64,000 bases of DNA from Opitutales bacterium. Its GTDB lineage: Bacteria > Verrucomicrobiota > Verrucomicrobiia > Opitutales > UBA2987. Below, one piece after another: positions 29,515 through 41,081 of the stretch; the first letter of the stretch is position 1; each line of letters starts with the position of its first letter. Both the position numbers and the translations under genes were made by a program. The notes beneath the pieces are model-generated. The model ran no database searches. It saw only the letters and a program-made list of their open reading frames with translations, and was not told where the DNA came from. The DNA is taken from assembly GCA_965226885.1 (NCBI GenBank), contig CBDDEL010000011.1, positions 224,001 to 288,000 on the forward strand, in the 5' to 3' direction.

Positions 29515-32446
29515 TCAGATTTCGGTGACTTCTACGCCGATTTCACCGTCGGCAAACTGCGTCCGCAAAGAACGCCCTGTTTCCAGGCCGGCTTTTCGGG
29601 GCACATGCCGGCCGCGCTCGTCCTTAATTATGGCGAACCCGCGTTGCAGGATTTTATCCGGATGGGCGTTTTGCAAACGTTTGGCGTAGCCCCGGACCTT
29701 CTCTGCCGATCCTTCCATGCGGGTTCTGACGGTGGTTGTGAAGCGGTTTTTCAGGGACAAGAATTGGGCGGAGGCGAAATGCACTCTCTTATCCGGAGCA
29801 ATGGCGGCCAGGCGGACGGCCAGGGATTTTTCCCGCTGGCGGCCGTTTGCGATGCCATGGCGCAATGAGGCCAGCAACCGGTTGGCCAGGTCGTCGAGGC
29901 GCAGAAACCCTTGCTCAATTTTGTGGATGGGAGAGAGACTGGCTAAATTTCCGCTGAGCCTTTCCAGGTTAAAACCGAGCTGATCGACTTGGTTTCTCAA
30001 GGTTGCGGCAAGGGCATTTTTTACTGTTGTCAGGCGCTGTTCGCATTCGGTGAAATTGCGGCAGATAAGCTCCGCCGCGCGCTGGGTGTTTCGGCCCTCC
30101 AATCGGCCGCGAAATCGCTCAACGTGTAGTCGATTTCATGCCCCACAGCGGAGATTACGGGTGTTTGGCAGGCAGCCACGGCGCGGGCTACTTTCTCCTC
30201 GTTGAACGGCCACAAATCCTCCAGGCTTCCACCCCCTCGGCCGATCACGAGCAGGTCCAGGGCTTTCACTTGCTGAGCTTTATCGATCATGGCGGCAATT
30301 TCCCCGGCTGCCTCGGAGCCCTGCACCCGGGAGGGAAATATGACCACCCTACCTCTCCAGTTCCTTCTTTGCAGGATGCTTAAAAAATCGCGCACGGCGG
30401 CGCCGGAGGGGGAAGTCACAAAGCCCACCGTTCGCGGTAGCAGGGGCAGTCCTTTTTTCCGGTCCGCATCGAAAAGACCTTCCTCCGCCAGTTTTCTTTT
30501 CAGTCTTTCAAATTCCAGTTGCAGGCGGCCCTAGCCCGGAAATTTCATAAAAAAAGTATCGCTGATATGCTTATCTGCTGATATACAGCAGGATAGATTA
30601 AACATTAAAGCAATATCAGCGATGACAAAAAGTAAACAATTAGAACTACAGTTGACAAGGGTAAAAGGCCGCCGTGTGCGGGTTGATTTTAAGGGCGGTG
30701 AGGTTACTTCGGATGCCGGGCTGCTTTTGATCCGGGAAGTGGATCGGCGGTTGGGCTTGACCGAGCAAGCGGCCCGGCAATTAGTAGACAAACGGCAGAA
30801 GGGCAAAGTGCGCCATGAGATGCTGGCCATGATCCGGCAGCGCGTTTACGGGCTGGTGGCGGGCTATGAGGATTTGAACGACTTTGACACCCTGCGCCGC
30901 GATCCTTTGTTGCAAACGGTAACGGGGCGCACTGAAGCGTTGGCCAGCGCGCCGACTTTGTGTCGTTTTGAAAACGGGCAGGATCGGCGGGCAGCCTTTG
31001 CCCTGAACGAGTTGCTGGTCGAACAGTTCATGGGATCCTTTGCCGAGGAACCCGAAGAGATCATCCTGGACTTTGACGCCACCGACAATCCGGTGCACGG
31101 GCTCCAGGAGGGACGTTTTTTCCACGGTTATTATGATCATTACTGTTTTTTGCCGCTGTATGTTTTTTGCGGCGATCAGCTTCTGGTGGCCTACCTGCGG
31201 CCCAGCAAGATCGATGCGAGCAAGCATGCCGGGGCCATCCTCAAATTGCTGGTTAAACGGATTCGCCAAAGCTGGCCCCATACGCGGATTATTTGGCGTG
31301 CCGACAGCGGATTCTGCCGGGATCGGATTCTCTCGTGGTGCGAGCGCAACGAGGTTTATTTTATAGTGGGAACGGCCCGCCATGCACGCTTGCAGCAAGC
31401 GGCCCGGCAGTTGCAGGAGCAAGCCAAACAATGGTTCGAGGGTAGCGGCAAAAAGCAACGGCTGTTTCAGCACTTCGAGTATGGGGCAAAATCGTGGCGG
31501 CGCCAACGCCTTATCATCCACAAAGCCGAACACACCGCACAGGGGTCCAACCCGCGCTTCGTGGTGACGAACCTGCAGGGCGATCCCCAAGAGCTTTACG
31601 ACAAAGTATACTGTGGCCGCGGTGAGATGGAGAACCGGATCAAGGAACAGATGCAATTGTTCAGCGAACGCACCAGCGCGCATAAATGGTGGGCCAACCA
31701 GTGGCGATTGCTCTTGTCGGGGCTGGCCTACACCTTGATGGAAGCCTTGCGCCGGTTCGCATTAAAAGGGACGAAGTGGGCGCGGCTCCAATGCCACAGT
31801 CTACGGCTAAAATTAATCAAGATCGGAGCGGTAATCGTGCGCAACACCCGAACGATTCACTTTCATCTAAGTGAAAGTTATCCATGGGCCAGTCTTTTCA
31901 ACCATGCGGCCCGCCGGTTGGTGCCAACCTAAAGGGCGCATTGGCGCTGCCCCCGGCGCTACCGAACCAATGGGGGAAAGGGGGAAGTGTCTCTACACCC
32001 TGAAAAACACCTCAAAATCAAGACGATCCGCCCAAAATACAAAGAAATCCATCTCCAATAGCAATAACGAGCCAAACTTTACCCTTCATGAAATATCCGG
32101 GCTAGCCGGCGTCCACCAGAAAACGAACGATTATCTGGTAAGAGCCCCTCGGCTCATAGACGGAAACCTGGCCATAAACGATTACCTGCATGCCATCCCC
32201 GATTGATAAGTCCAGGCTCCCGGCGTCCCCCCGGAAGATCACGGCGGATACCTGGCTTCGGGCATCCTTGAGGGAAAAATAACAGTGGCCGCTGCTCTGC
32301 CTCCGAAAATTGGAGATTTCCCCTTTCAGCCAAATTTCCGGGAACCGGATTTCCAGCAGGTTCCTTACTTCACGATTGAATTCCGAGACGCTCAGAATAT
32401 GTTCATCGGGCGGAATCAGGCTCTTTTCTAACGGGCTTGGTGGCAT
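29515..32446 (-). pseudogene. xseA: Exodeoxyribonuclease VII large subunit, IS-interrupted, with nonsense codon and frameshift
   Basis: GEISNF..SGHCYFSLKD (32102-32446); [24 protein letters not shown] (30030-30534); frameshift near 30080 (ETPSA); LQRGFA tail. Confidence 0.93.
30535..32101 (+). mobile_element. IS1380 divergent isoform (copy 3); transposase 30622-31932
   Basis: 1567 bp, IRs, CTAG TSD at 30531-30534 and 32102-32105. Confidence 0.95.
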
Positions 32447-33122
32447 AGCGATCTCGGGCCATCTTGGTCAACATGATGAGACCGATCAAGAAAACTCCGC
32501 CCAGCAGGCCCAGGCCAGCCTTTCCTTCAAAAATCGACTCGCCGACAATGACAATTGCCAGCGCCCAAGCCAGTTCTATCGGCCAGGATGCCCACATATA
32601 GGTTTTATAAGGCACTCCCGCCAATCCCAGGAGGTAATTTTTCAAGCAGAAAGGCACTCCCGGCATGATGCGCACTATGAGGGTCATTTTTCCCGCTTCC
32701 GATGATTGAATTCGGGGAACCTTGTGCCCGGCCCTGGCCACCAGCTTTTCCGCCAATGGTCTCAGAAAGCCCGCCGCGACCCAATACCCCAAGCTTATGT
32801 TCAGAATCATGGCCAGCCCGAACCCGAGCATATTCCATTGCAGCGCATAGAGACCGGGGGCAATCAGGTAAAAGGGACTGATCGGGCATCCCAGCGCTGG
32901 CAGGACGGCAAATAATCCGAAAAAGAGGAGAGGATTGGTTTGCTTGAGGAAAACCCAAAAAGCTTCCCCATAGCCGACGACCAACGGCGTCAGCGAATCC
33001 CGGAAAAACCACCCCGCCCCAGCCACAACCATAATCGTCAAGGCCACCCAGGCACCCAGCCGAAGCATCGAACCTTTGCCGGTGCCGCTAACATTTCCCT
33101 CCATACCCGTAACGCTTATCAA
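32403..33122 (-). CDS. DedA/VTT-domain membrane protein
   Basis: Multiple TM segments; RIMPGVPF..KNYLLGL; start uncertain. Confidence 0.85.
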   Translation of the reverse strand: MISVTGMEGNVSGTGKGSMLRLGAWVALTIMVVAGAGWFFRDSLTPLVVGYGEAFWVFLKQTNPLLFFGLFAVLPALGCPISPFYLIAPGLYALQWNMLGFGLAMILNISLGYWVAAGFLRPLAEKLVARAGHKVPRIQSSEAGKMTLIVRIMPGVPFCLKNYLLGLAGVPYKTYMWASWPIELAWALAIVIVGESIFEGKAGLGLLGGVFLIGLIMLTKMARDRYATKPVRKEPDSAR

Positions 33123-33976
33123 CCCTCGCCACCTTTGACAATCCCTTTTGCGGAGGGCTTGTCGTCCTGCGGTGCCGTTTGGCTATCTGCCATTTGAGGC
33201 GAGGGTGGGGGGCTTTGCAGGAGTATTTCTTCCAGTTTCAGCCCGGTTAATTGGTGGATGCCTTTGAGCAGCCTGGTCAATGCGAACATCAGCACGGCCA
33301 TGGAGGGAATGACGATGACCGGATAGCTCCAGAAGGTCATTTTGCCAATTTCCCTGTTAAAGGCTTCGGTTCCGCTTTCGCTCTTGATGAGAAAGCTGGC
33401 CAATCCGTAATTAAGCATGGCGCTGAGGAGGAATGAGAACGCCAGCAGTAGGGTGCAGTAAACGAGGAGTTGGTTGAATTTTTCGCCCGTGCCGCGGCGG
33501 CTGAGTTCGGCCTCGACCTTGGGCACGTCGAAAATCTGATCGTTGTAAAGGAAGAGGCGCACCAGCGGTTTGCTGGATTTCAAGGTGGCCATGACGGCCA
33601 GGCCGAAAAGTGCTGGCACGGCCGCCTCCTTGACCGCGATCCAGTCTTTATCCAGCTTGAAAAGGCCCACCCCTCCGGTGATCAGGATGCTGGCAAAGCC
33701 GAGCACGGAAAAGAAGTTGCATTTCCTCCGCTTGTGAAAATCGAAAAGACCGTAGCTGATGGGAAAAAGCAGAGCCAGGACAAGAAAAAAGGCCGGGGGC
33801 AGTTGCACATTTGCGATGGTTTCCAGCAAACGGCTCCCTTTCATGAGAATGAGCGAGGGCAAGAATATATTCAGCCCCAGGTTCAGCCACATATTTTCCC
33901 GCTTGTTTTGAGTTGGATTCCGGGGAATGGATGGTGTAGCCTGCGGCTCATCCGATGAATAGATTTCTTTATGCAT
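33119..33976 (-). CDS. VC0807/YciB-like membrane protein
   Basis: [34 protein letters not shown]. Confidence 0.8.
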   Translation of the reverse strand: MHKEIYSSDEPQATPSIPRNPTQNKRENMWLNLGLNIFLPSLILMKGSRLLETIANVQLPPAFFLVLALLFPISYGLFDFHKRRKCNFFSVLGFASILITGGVGLFKLDKDWIAVKEAAVPALFGLAVMATLKSSKPLVRLFLYNDQIFDVPKVEAELSRRGTGEKFNQLLVYCTLLLAFSFLLSAMLNYGLASFLIKSESGTEAFNREIGKMTFWSYPVIVIPSMAVLMFALTRLLKGIHQLTGLKLEEILLQSPPPSPQMADSQTAPQDDKPSAKGIVKGGEG

Positions 33977-34005
33977 AACCCTTGGTGGTATCACGTTTTA
34001 GGCGA

Positions 34006-34677
34006 ATGGAAGTGAAAGCAAGAAAGATTCGTTGCCTCATATCGGCGGGACCGACGCGGGAATTTTTCGACCCCGTGCGGTTCATGAGCAATCCATCCAC
34101 CGGCAAAATGGGCTATGCTTTAGCCGGTGCAGCCCTCAAAATGGGGTGGCAGGTCGATCTCGTCAGCGGCCCCGTGTCTTTGCCCGCGCCCGATGTGGCG
34201 GCCATTCATGGCGTCGTCACGGGCGATGAAATGTTGGCCCGCATCGATGCCCTTTTCGAGACCTGCGATATTCTCATTATGGCGGCTGCCGTGATGGATT
34301 ACCGGCCCCGGGAATATTCCGATAGTAAAATCAAAAAATCGGGCGATAGCCTGATGGTGGAACTTGATCCGGTGGTCGATATTCTGAAAACGGTGGCGGC
34401 TCGAAAAAAGGACCAATTGGTGGTCGGGTTTGCCGCCGAAACGGAAAACGTGACAGCCCATGGGCGCGAGAAACTGGAACGGAAAAATGCCGATTTTATC
34501 GTCGCCAACCAGGTGGGCGCTCCCGGCGCCGGTTTTGCCGCGGACACCAATTTTGTCACCTTGATCGGGCACCGTGGTTTTACCCTCGACATCGGTCCCG
34601 CCTCCAAGCACGAGATTGGCGAACAATTGATTGCCGCGTTCGCCTCCGAGATCGGGCGGCCCGTCGGCAAACCGTAA
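34006..34677 (+). CDS. coaB: Phosphopantothenate-cysteine ligase (stand-alone CoaB domain)
   Basis: [34 protein letters not shown]. Confidence 0.92.
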   Translation: MEVKARKIRCLISAGPTREFFDPVRFMSNPSTGKMGYALAGAALKMGWQVDLVSGPVSLPAPDVAAIHGVVTGDEMLARIDALFETCDILIMAAAVMDYRPREYSDSKIKKSGDSLMVELDPVVDILKTVAARKKDQLVVGFAAETENVTAHGREKLERKNADFIVANQVGAPGAGFAADTNFVTLIGHRGFTLDIGPASKHEIGEQLIAAFASEIGRPVGKP

Positions 34678-34698
34678 CCTCTTCCAACTCGACCGACC

Positions 34699-35883
34699 AT
34701 GGTTCATCGAAAACATACGCCGCTGGAAAAAGTTTTGGGCCGACTGGACGAACTGGATACCACCAATTTGACCATTCTGGTGCAGCGGCTGGCCCGTGAG
34801 CGCCAACTCCTCGAAACCATTTTCGAAAATGGTTTCGAGGGCATCCTCGTCATCGACCAACAAGGGATCATCGAGTATGCCAACGGGGCGGCCCGAAAAC
34901 TGATCGGGTTCGACCTCAAGGATTTGGGCCAGGCGGTCCTATGGAAACTCGTGCCGGACCTTGCGCGAACCCTCGACCTTTCAGCCCAAGGGGCTTTCGG
35001 CGAAGTTTTGGGGGTATCCCGCGAATTGCATCTTACCTACCCGGAAAACCGATTTGTCCGGCTTTACCTGGTGCCTTTTCTGGAAGGCAAATCCCGCGGT
35101 TCGAGTAAAAATACTCGTTATGCGGTCATCCTTTCGGACATTACCGAAGAGAAGATATCGACCCGGGACCGAATTGAAAATGAAAAGGTATCCTCCATCA
35201 TCATGCTGGCGGCGGGCGTGGCCCACGAGTTGGGCAACCCTCTCAACTCCCTCACCATTCACCTCCAGTTGATCAAACGTGAACTGAAAAAAATGAAGGA
35301 AAACGAGGGTCTGGCCAAAATATACAAATCACTGGCTGTGTGCTCGGCGGAGGTTGAGCGGCTGGACGGTATCATCGCCAATTTCCTCGAAGCGGTGCGG
35401 CCCCATCCGCCCGATTTTCAGGATCTCGACCTCCTTGCTGTGCTCGATGAAGTGATGGAAATACTGGGCCAGGAATTAAAAAATCACCAGGTTCTGGTCG
35501 AGATTGACGCCAGCGATGCCCTGCCCGTTATCTTGGCCGACCGCAACCAGATCAAACAGGTCTATTTCAACATTCTCAAAAACGCCTGCGAAGCGATGGA
35601 AAGAGGCGGTACGATCAAAGTGCGCACCCGTTCCGATGACGAATTTGTATTCCTGCAAATCGCCGACAGCGGCCGAGGCATCGAGCAGAGCAACTTCACC
35701 CGCGTCTTCGAACCCTATTTTTCAACCAAAGAAAAAGGCCACGGTCTGGGAATGATGATCGTGCAGCGAATCATGCGCGATCACGGCGGGCAGTTAGGTA
35801 TCGACAGCCAGGTAGGCGTCGGCACCGTTCTGACCCTGCAATTCCCCCAAAAACACCGCCGCATCCGCCTGTTGGAAAAGTAG
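34699..35883 (+). CDS. PAS-domain sensor histidine kinase (NtrB-like)
   Basis: AHELGNPL H-box; N, G1 (DSGRGI), F and G2 (GHGLG) boxes. Confidence 0.92.
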   Translation: MVHRKHTPLEKVLGRLDELDTTNLTILVQRLARERQLLETIFENGFEGILVIDQQGIIEYANGAARKLIGFDLKDLGQAVLWKLVPDLARTLDLSAQGAFGEVLGVSRELHLTYPENRFVRLYLVPFLEGKSRGSSKNTRYAVILSDITEEKISTRDRIENEKVSSIIMLAAGVAHELGNPLNSLTIHLQLIKRELKKMKENEGLAKIYKSLAVCSAEVERLDGIIANFLEAVRPHPPDFQDLDLLAVLDEVMEILGQELKNHQVLVEIDASDALPVILADRNQIKQVYFNILKNACEAMERGGTIKVRTRSDDEFVFLQIADSGRGIEQSNFTRVFEPYFSTKEKGHGLGMMIVQRIMRDHGGQLGIDSQVGVGTVLTLQFPQKHRRIRLLEK

Positions 35884-36052
35884 GGTTTAAAGTAAAGCCC
35901 ATTGTACTTAATAAGGGGAATATATTTGCACTCCTTATGCCTTCCAATGGCCAAACTCACTCCATGCCTCTTTGTCTCCGTTAGAATTCCTATCCGTATC
36001 TTCAAATGATAAATATGAATTATGAACATTGACACCTTTTGGTGTGTCTTTT

Positions 36053-36454
36053 CTAGCCTTTGAGCATGATCTCTCCATCTACTACTGATCGTGTCGGTAT
36101 CTTAGCTCGGTCAATATCACCTTGTAGGGTAAGAAATAGATCTTTCGCAAATACTGGATCGTCAAAGTGCCAAGAGTGTGACCAATTACCTGATGCTTCG
36201 CTATTACCTTTATCCAAATTATTCCAATAAGCTCCTACATTTACGTTTACAATATTACCCGGAGCATCTTCAGGTAAACCGACTCGACCTACTCTTGGCG
36301 CAGTGCCTAACTGTTTTACGTTTGATACTTTAAGGGCTGAGTCATAAGGGTTTTGGTAATTTGTGATACGTGTGGCGTGAGTGAATAAGGCTTGCGATTT
36401 TGAGTCATCTTTGGAAAGGGATTTCCTGGCGATATCACCACCGATAAAAGCTAA
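36053..36454 (-). pseudogene. DUF900-like alpha/beta hydrolase, C-terminal piece
   Basis: Hand translation LAFIGGDI...NYQNPYDSALKVS..RVGRVG...SHSWHF...KG*; low GC. Confidence 0.75.
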
Positions 36455-38021
36455 CCCGGATATTTCATGAAGGGTAAAGTTTGGCTCGTTATTGCTATTG
36501 GAGATGGATTTCTTTGTATTTTGAGCAGATCGTCTTGATTTTTAGGTGTTTTTCAGGGTGTAGAGACACTGCCCCCTTTCCCCCATTGGTTCGGTAGTGC
36601 CGGGGGCAGCACCAATGCACCCTTTAGGTTGGCACCAATCGGCGGGCCGCATGGTTGAAAAGACTGGCCCAAGGATAACTCTCACTTAGGTGAAAGTGAA
36701 TCGTTCGGGTGTTGCGCACGATGACCGCTCCGATCTTGATTAATTTGAGCCGCAGGGTGTGGCATTGGGCCCGCGCCCACTTCGTCCCTTTTAAGGCTAA
36801 CCGGCGCATGGCTTCCATCAAGGTGTAGGCCAGCGCCGACAAGAGCAATCGCCACTGATTGGCCCACCATTGATGGGCGCTGGTGCGCTCGCTGAACAAT
36901 TGCATCTGTTCCTTGATTCGGTTCTCCATTTCACCGCGGCCACAGTATACCTTGTCGTAAAGCTCCTGGGGATCGCCCGGCAGGTTCGTCACCACGAAGC
37001 GCGGGTTGGACCCCTGTGCGGTGTGTTCGGCTTTATGGATGACCAACCGCAGCCATCGCCACGAATCGGCAGCATAGACGAAGTCCTGGAATAACCGTTG
37101 TTTTTTACCCCTTAGTTCGAACCATTCTTTGGCCTGCTTTTGCAACTGCTGGGCGTCTTGCTGCAAGCGTGCATTGCGAGCCATCCCCACGATGTAACTA
37201 ACTTCGTTGCGGTCGCACCAAGAGAGTATCCGGTCTCGACAAAATCCACTGTCGGCGCGCCAAATAATCCGCGTACGGGGCCAGCTTTGGCGAATCCGTT
37301 TAACCAGCAATTTGAGGATGGCCCCGGCATGCTTGCTGGCATCGATCTTGCTCGGCCGCAGGTAGGCCACCAGCAGCTGATCACCGCAAAAAACATATAG
37401 CGGCAGAAAACAGTAATGATCATAATAACCGTGGAAAAAACGTCCCTCCTGGAGCCCGTGCACCGGATTGTCGGTGGCGTCAAAGTCCAGGATGATCTCT
37501 TCGGGTTCCTCGGCAAAGGAGCCCATGAACTGTTCGACCAACAGCTCGTTTACCGCAAAGGCCGCCCGCCGATCCTGCCCGTTTTCAAAACGACACAAAG
37601 TCGGCGCGCTGGCCAACGTTTCAATGCGCCCCGTTACCGTTTGCAACAATGGATCGTGGCGCAGGGTATCAAAGTCGTTCAAATCCTCATAGCCCGCCAC
37701 CAGCCCGTAAACGCGCTGCCGCAGCATCCCCAAGACCTCATGGCGTACTTTGCCCTTCTGCCGTTTGTCCACTAACTGTCGGGCCGCTCGTTCGGTCAAG
37801 CCCAACTGCCGATCCACTTCCCGGATCAAAAGCAGTCCGGCATCCGAAGTAACCTCTCCGCCCTTGAAATCAACCCGCACACGGCGGCCTTTTACCCTTG
37901 TCAACTGTAGCTTTAATTGTTTACCTTTTGTCATCGCTGATATTGCTTTAATTATTGATCTATCCTGCTGTATATCAGCAGTTAAGCATATCAACGATAC
38001 TTTTTTTACGAAATATCCGGG
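36455..38021 (-). mobile_element. IS1380 copy 4; transposase 36624-37934
   Basis: 1567 bp, IRs; flanks CTAA and CTAG do not match. Confidence 0.95.
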
Positions 38022-38089
38022 CTAGTGCCAATTGCACATTGAATTACCTGGAAGATCGTTCTGATGCTAAAAGCACCGCTAGTAAATTA

Positions 38090-39906
38090 GAGGCTGTCCC
38101 AAAAATATAAAGATTTTATAGTCAACTGGATGACGTTGATAAAAAGAGCCGGAAAGAGCAAGTTTTTGCTCGATCCGGCCAAAAAAGGGTTCTATAATTG
38201 AGTTAGCGAAAATCAATATAGCCCTTTCTATGAAAAATATAGCCATCCAATGCCTCCTGCGTCCAGCTTTAACTGTGGTCGACCGGTGCCTCGATTACGA
38301 TAACTTCCGCGCCACCATTGATCGAATCGATCGGCTGCTGATCGACTCGGAGGTGGAATCGCAGGCCATTGAGCTGGCCTTGGAGGGGTGGCCGCCAATG
38401 GGTCTAAAGGCCCGGCGGCAGCGGGCCAGTTTTGCCATCAAGGCACTGCGCATGGATACGCTGGGCCGTCTGCTCGGAGGGATTTCGTTTCGGCATTTGT
38501 CGCGGGCTCTGGGCAGCAGCGATCTGTTGGCCGACTTTTGCCGTGTCCGGCAGATCGATGGCATCAGGGGCATCTCCAAAAGCACCCTGGAGCGGGCCTC
38601 GAAGTTTTTCAGCGAAGAGCAGTTGAGGGCCTTGCACCGGACCTTGACTGAGGTGGTGGGCGATGCCCTTCTGGCCCGGCAGGTGGGATTGGACAAGCCG
38701 ATTGACACCACCATTTGCCTGATCGACGGCACCTGTTTGGAGGCTAACATTCATTGGCCGACGGACTGGGTATTACTCAAGGATGTAGCCGGCACGTTGC
38801 TCAAAGCGATCCGGCTGATCCGCGAGAAGGCCGGTTTGCGCCATCGCATGCCGATCGAACCGGAGCCCTTGGCTCGGCAGATGAATCGGCTGTGCATACA
38901 GATGACCCACAGCCGGCGGCGAAAGGACAGCGCGCGGCAGCGCAAGGGTATCTTGAGGCAGATGAAAAAGCTGCTCAAACGGATCGGGGAGCATGCCCGC
39001 AGTCACCGGGAATTATTGCAAGCCTGCTGGGAGCAAAGCGATTACAGCGAAAAACAGGTCCAACAGATCCTCGCCCGGATGGAGCGCATGAGCGAGCAAA
39101 TCCCGGTGGTCATCAAACAGGCGCACGAGCGGATCATTGGCCGCCGCCAGGTGAAAAACGCAGAGAAAGTCTTGAGTGTTTACGAACTCGATGTGCAGGT
39201 GATTGTGCGAGGTAAAGCGGGCCAAGAGGTCGAGTTCGGCAACACCCTGTTTTTGGGAGAAAGCGTTGAAGGGTACCTGCTGGACTGGAAACTCTACGGC
39301 AGCCGAACTCCAAGCGAAAATGAACAAATGCAAGAGAGTTTGCAAAGACAGAACCGCTTCAACCTGGAAGAACCCATAGCGGCCATGTGCGCGGACCGGG
39401 GATTTGCCTCCCAGCGGGCCCGCCGGCAGTTAGCCCAGGAGGGAATCTACGACGCGCTCTGTCCACGCGATCCGAAGCAGTTGAAAAAACGGATGGAGGA
39501 ACCACTGTTCAGACAATTGCAAAAGCGCCGGGCCAGCACCGAAGGGCGGATCGGGGTATTGAAGAATCGCTGGCAGGCCGGGCGGTTGCGCAGCAAAGGC
39601 TTTGCCAACCGCTCGATCAGCGTAGCCTGGTCGGTACTCTCGCACAACCTATGGAAAGTAGCCAAGATGCTGGCCCAGCAAGACGAACTAAAAACCAAAG
39701 CGGCGGCCTAGAGAGCGGAAAAGCAAGGACAATACTTTTTCACAGCCTTACTGTCGGCTCATACAAAGAAAACCAGGCAACCGGACCCCAAAACCAGTAT
39801 CCTAACGTTATAGGAGAGCAAAGTTGATACTCTCCCAAATGCAAATACCTCTAAAATGAGCGCCTATCAAAAGCCCTCGCAAAAATCACCCTTTTGGGAC
39901 AGCCTC
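38090..39906 (+). mobile_element. IS5/IS1182-like element, intact; transposase 38230-39711
   Basis: 1817 bp, IRs, 7-bp TSD TAAATTA. Confidence 0.92.
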
Positions 39907-39947
39907 TAAATTAGTAAAGGACGGTATCTCTATTCTTGCCCGTAATC

Positions 39948-40003
39948 AGTTGACCCAAGATCGAAACAAATGTGAAGTTGACCCAAGATCGAAACAAATG
40001 TGA
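39948..40003. repeat. 28-bp perfect tandem duplication (frameshifting)
   Basis: AGTTGACCCAAGATCGAAACAAATGTGA x2. Confidence 0.95.
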
Positions 40004-41081
40004 CATTGATGTGCATCTACTAGGTCATTCCACCGGCGCTTATGTGATTCGTGAGGGTTTTTATGAAGCGTCTCAAAATAGAAGTATCTCAAGAGTTAAC
40101 TGGCAAGTAAGCCAATTAGCCCGGATATTTCGTAAAAAAAGTATCGTTGATATGCTTAACTGCTGATATACAGCAGGATAGATCAATAATTAAAGCAATA
40201 TCAGCGATGACAAAAGGTAAACAATTAAAGCTACAGTTGACAAGGGTAAAAGGCCGCCGTGTGCGGGTTGATTTCAAGGGCGGAGAGGTTACTTCGGATG
40301 CCGGACTGCTTTTGATCCGGGAAGTGGATCGGCAGTTGGGCTTGACCGAACGAGCGGCCCGACAGTTAGTGGACAAACGGCAGAAGGGCAAAGTACGCCA
40401 TGAGGTCTTGGGGATGCTGCGGCAGCGCGTTTACGGGCTGGTGGCGGGCTATGAGGATTTGAACGACTTTGATACCCTGCGCCACGATCCATTGTTGCAA
40501 ACGGTAACGGGGCGCATTGAAACGTTGGCCAGCGCGCCGACTTTGTGTCGTTTTGAAAACGGGCAGGATCGGCGGGCGGCCTTTGCGGTAAACGAGCTGT
40601 TGGTCGAACAGTTCATGGGCTCCTTTGCCGAGGAACCCGAAGAGATCATCCTGGACTTTGACGCCACCGACAATCCGGTGCACGGGCTCCAGGAGGGACG
40701 TTTTTTCCACGGTTATTATGATCATTACTGTTTTCTGCCGCTATATGTTTTTTGCGGTGATCAGCTGCTGGTGGCCTACCTGCGGCCGAGCAAGATCGAT
40801 GCCAGCAAGCATGCCGGGGCCATCCTCAAATTGCTGGTTAAACGGATTCGCCAAAGCTGGCCCCGTACGCGGATTATTTGGCGCGCCGACAGTGGATTTT
40901 GTCGAGACCGGATACTCTCTTGGTGCGACCGCAACGAAGTTAGTTACATCGTGGGGATGGCTCGCAATGCACGCTTGCAGCAAGACGCCCAGCAGTTGCA
41001 AAAGCAGGCCAAAGAATGGTTCGAACTAAGGGGTAAAAAACAACGGTTATTCCAGGACTTCGTCTATGCTGCCGATTCGTG

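Larger units (their letters stand above)
38022..40119 (+). pseudogene. DUF900-like hydrolase middle piece (inverted; split by IS and a 28-bp duplication)
   Basis: SANCTLNYLEDRSDAKSTASK|LVKDGISIL...HLLGHSTGAYV...WQVSQL; G-H-S-x-G nucleophile elbow. Confidence 0.78.

Noticed and set aside
35781..36035. 84-aa minus-strand ORF
   Set aside because: Overlaps the kinase end, has no motif, and is probably spurious or a remnant.
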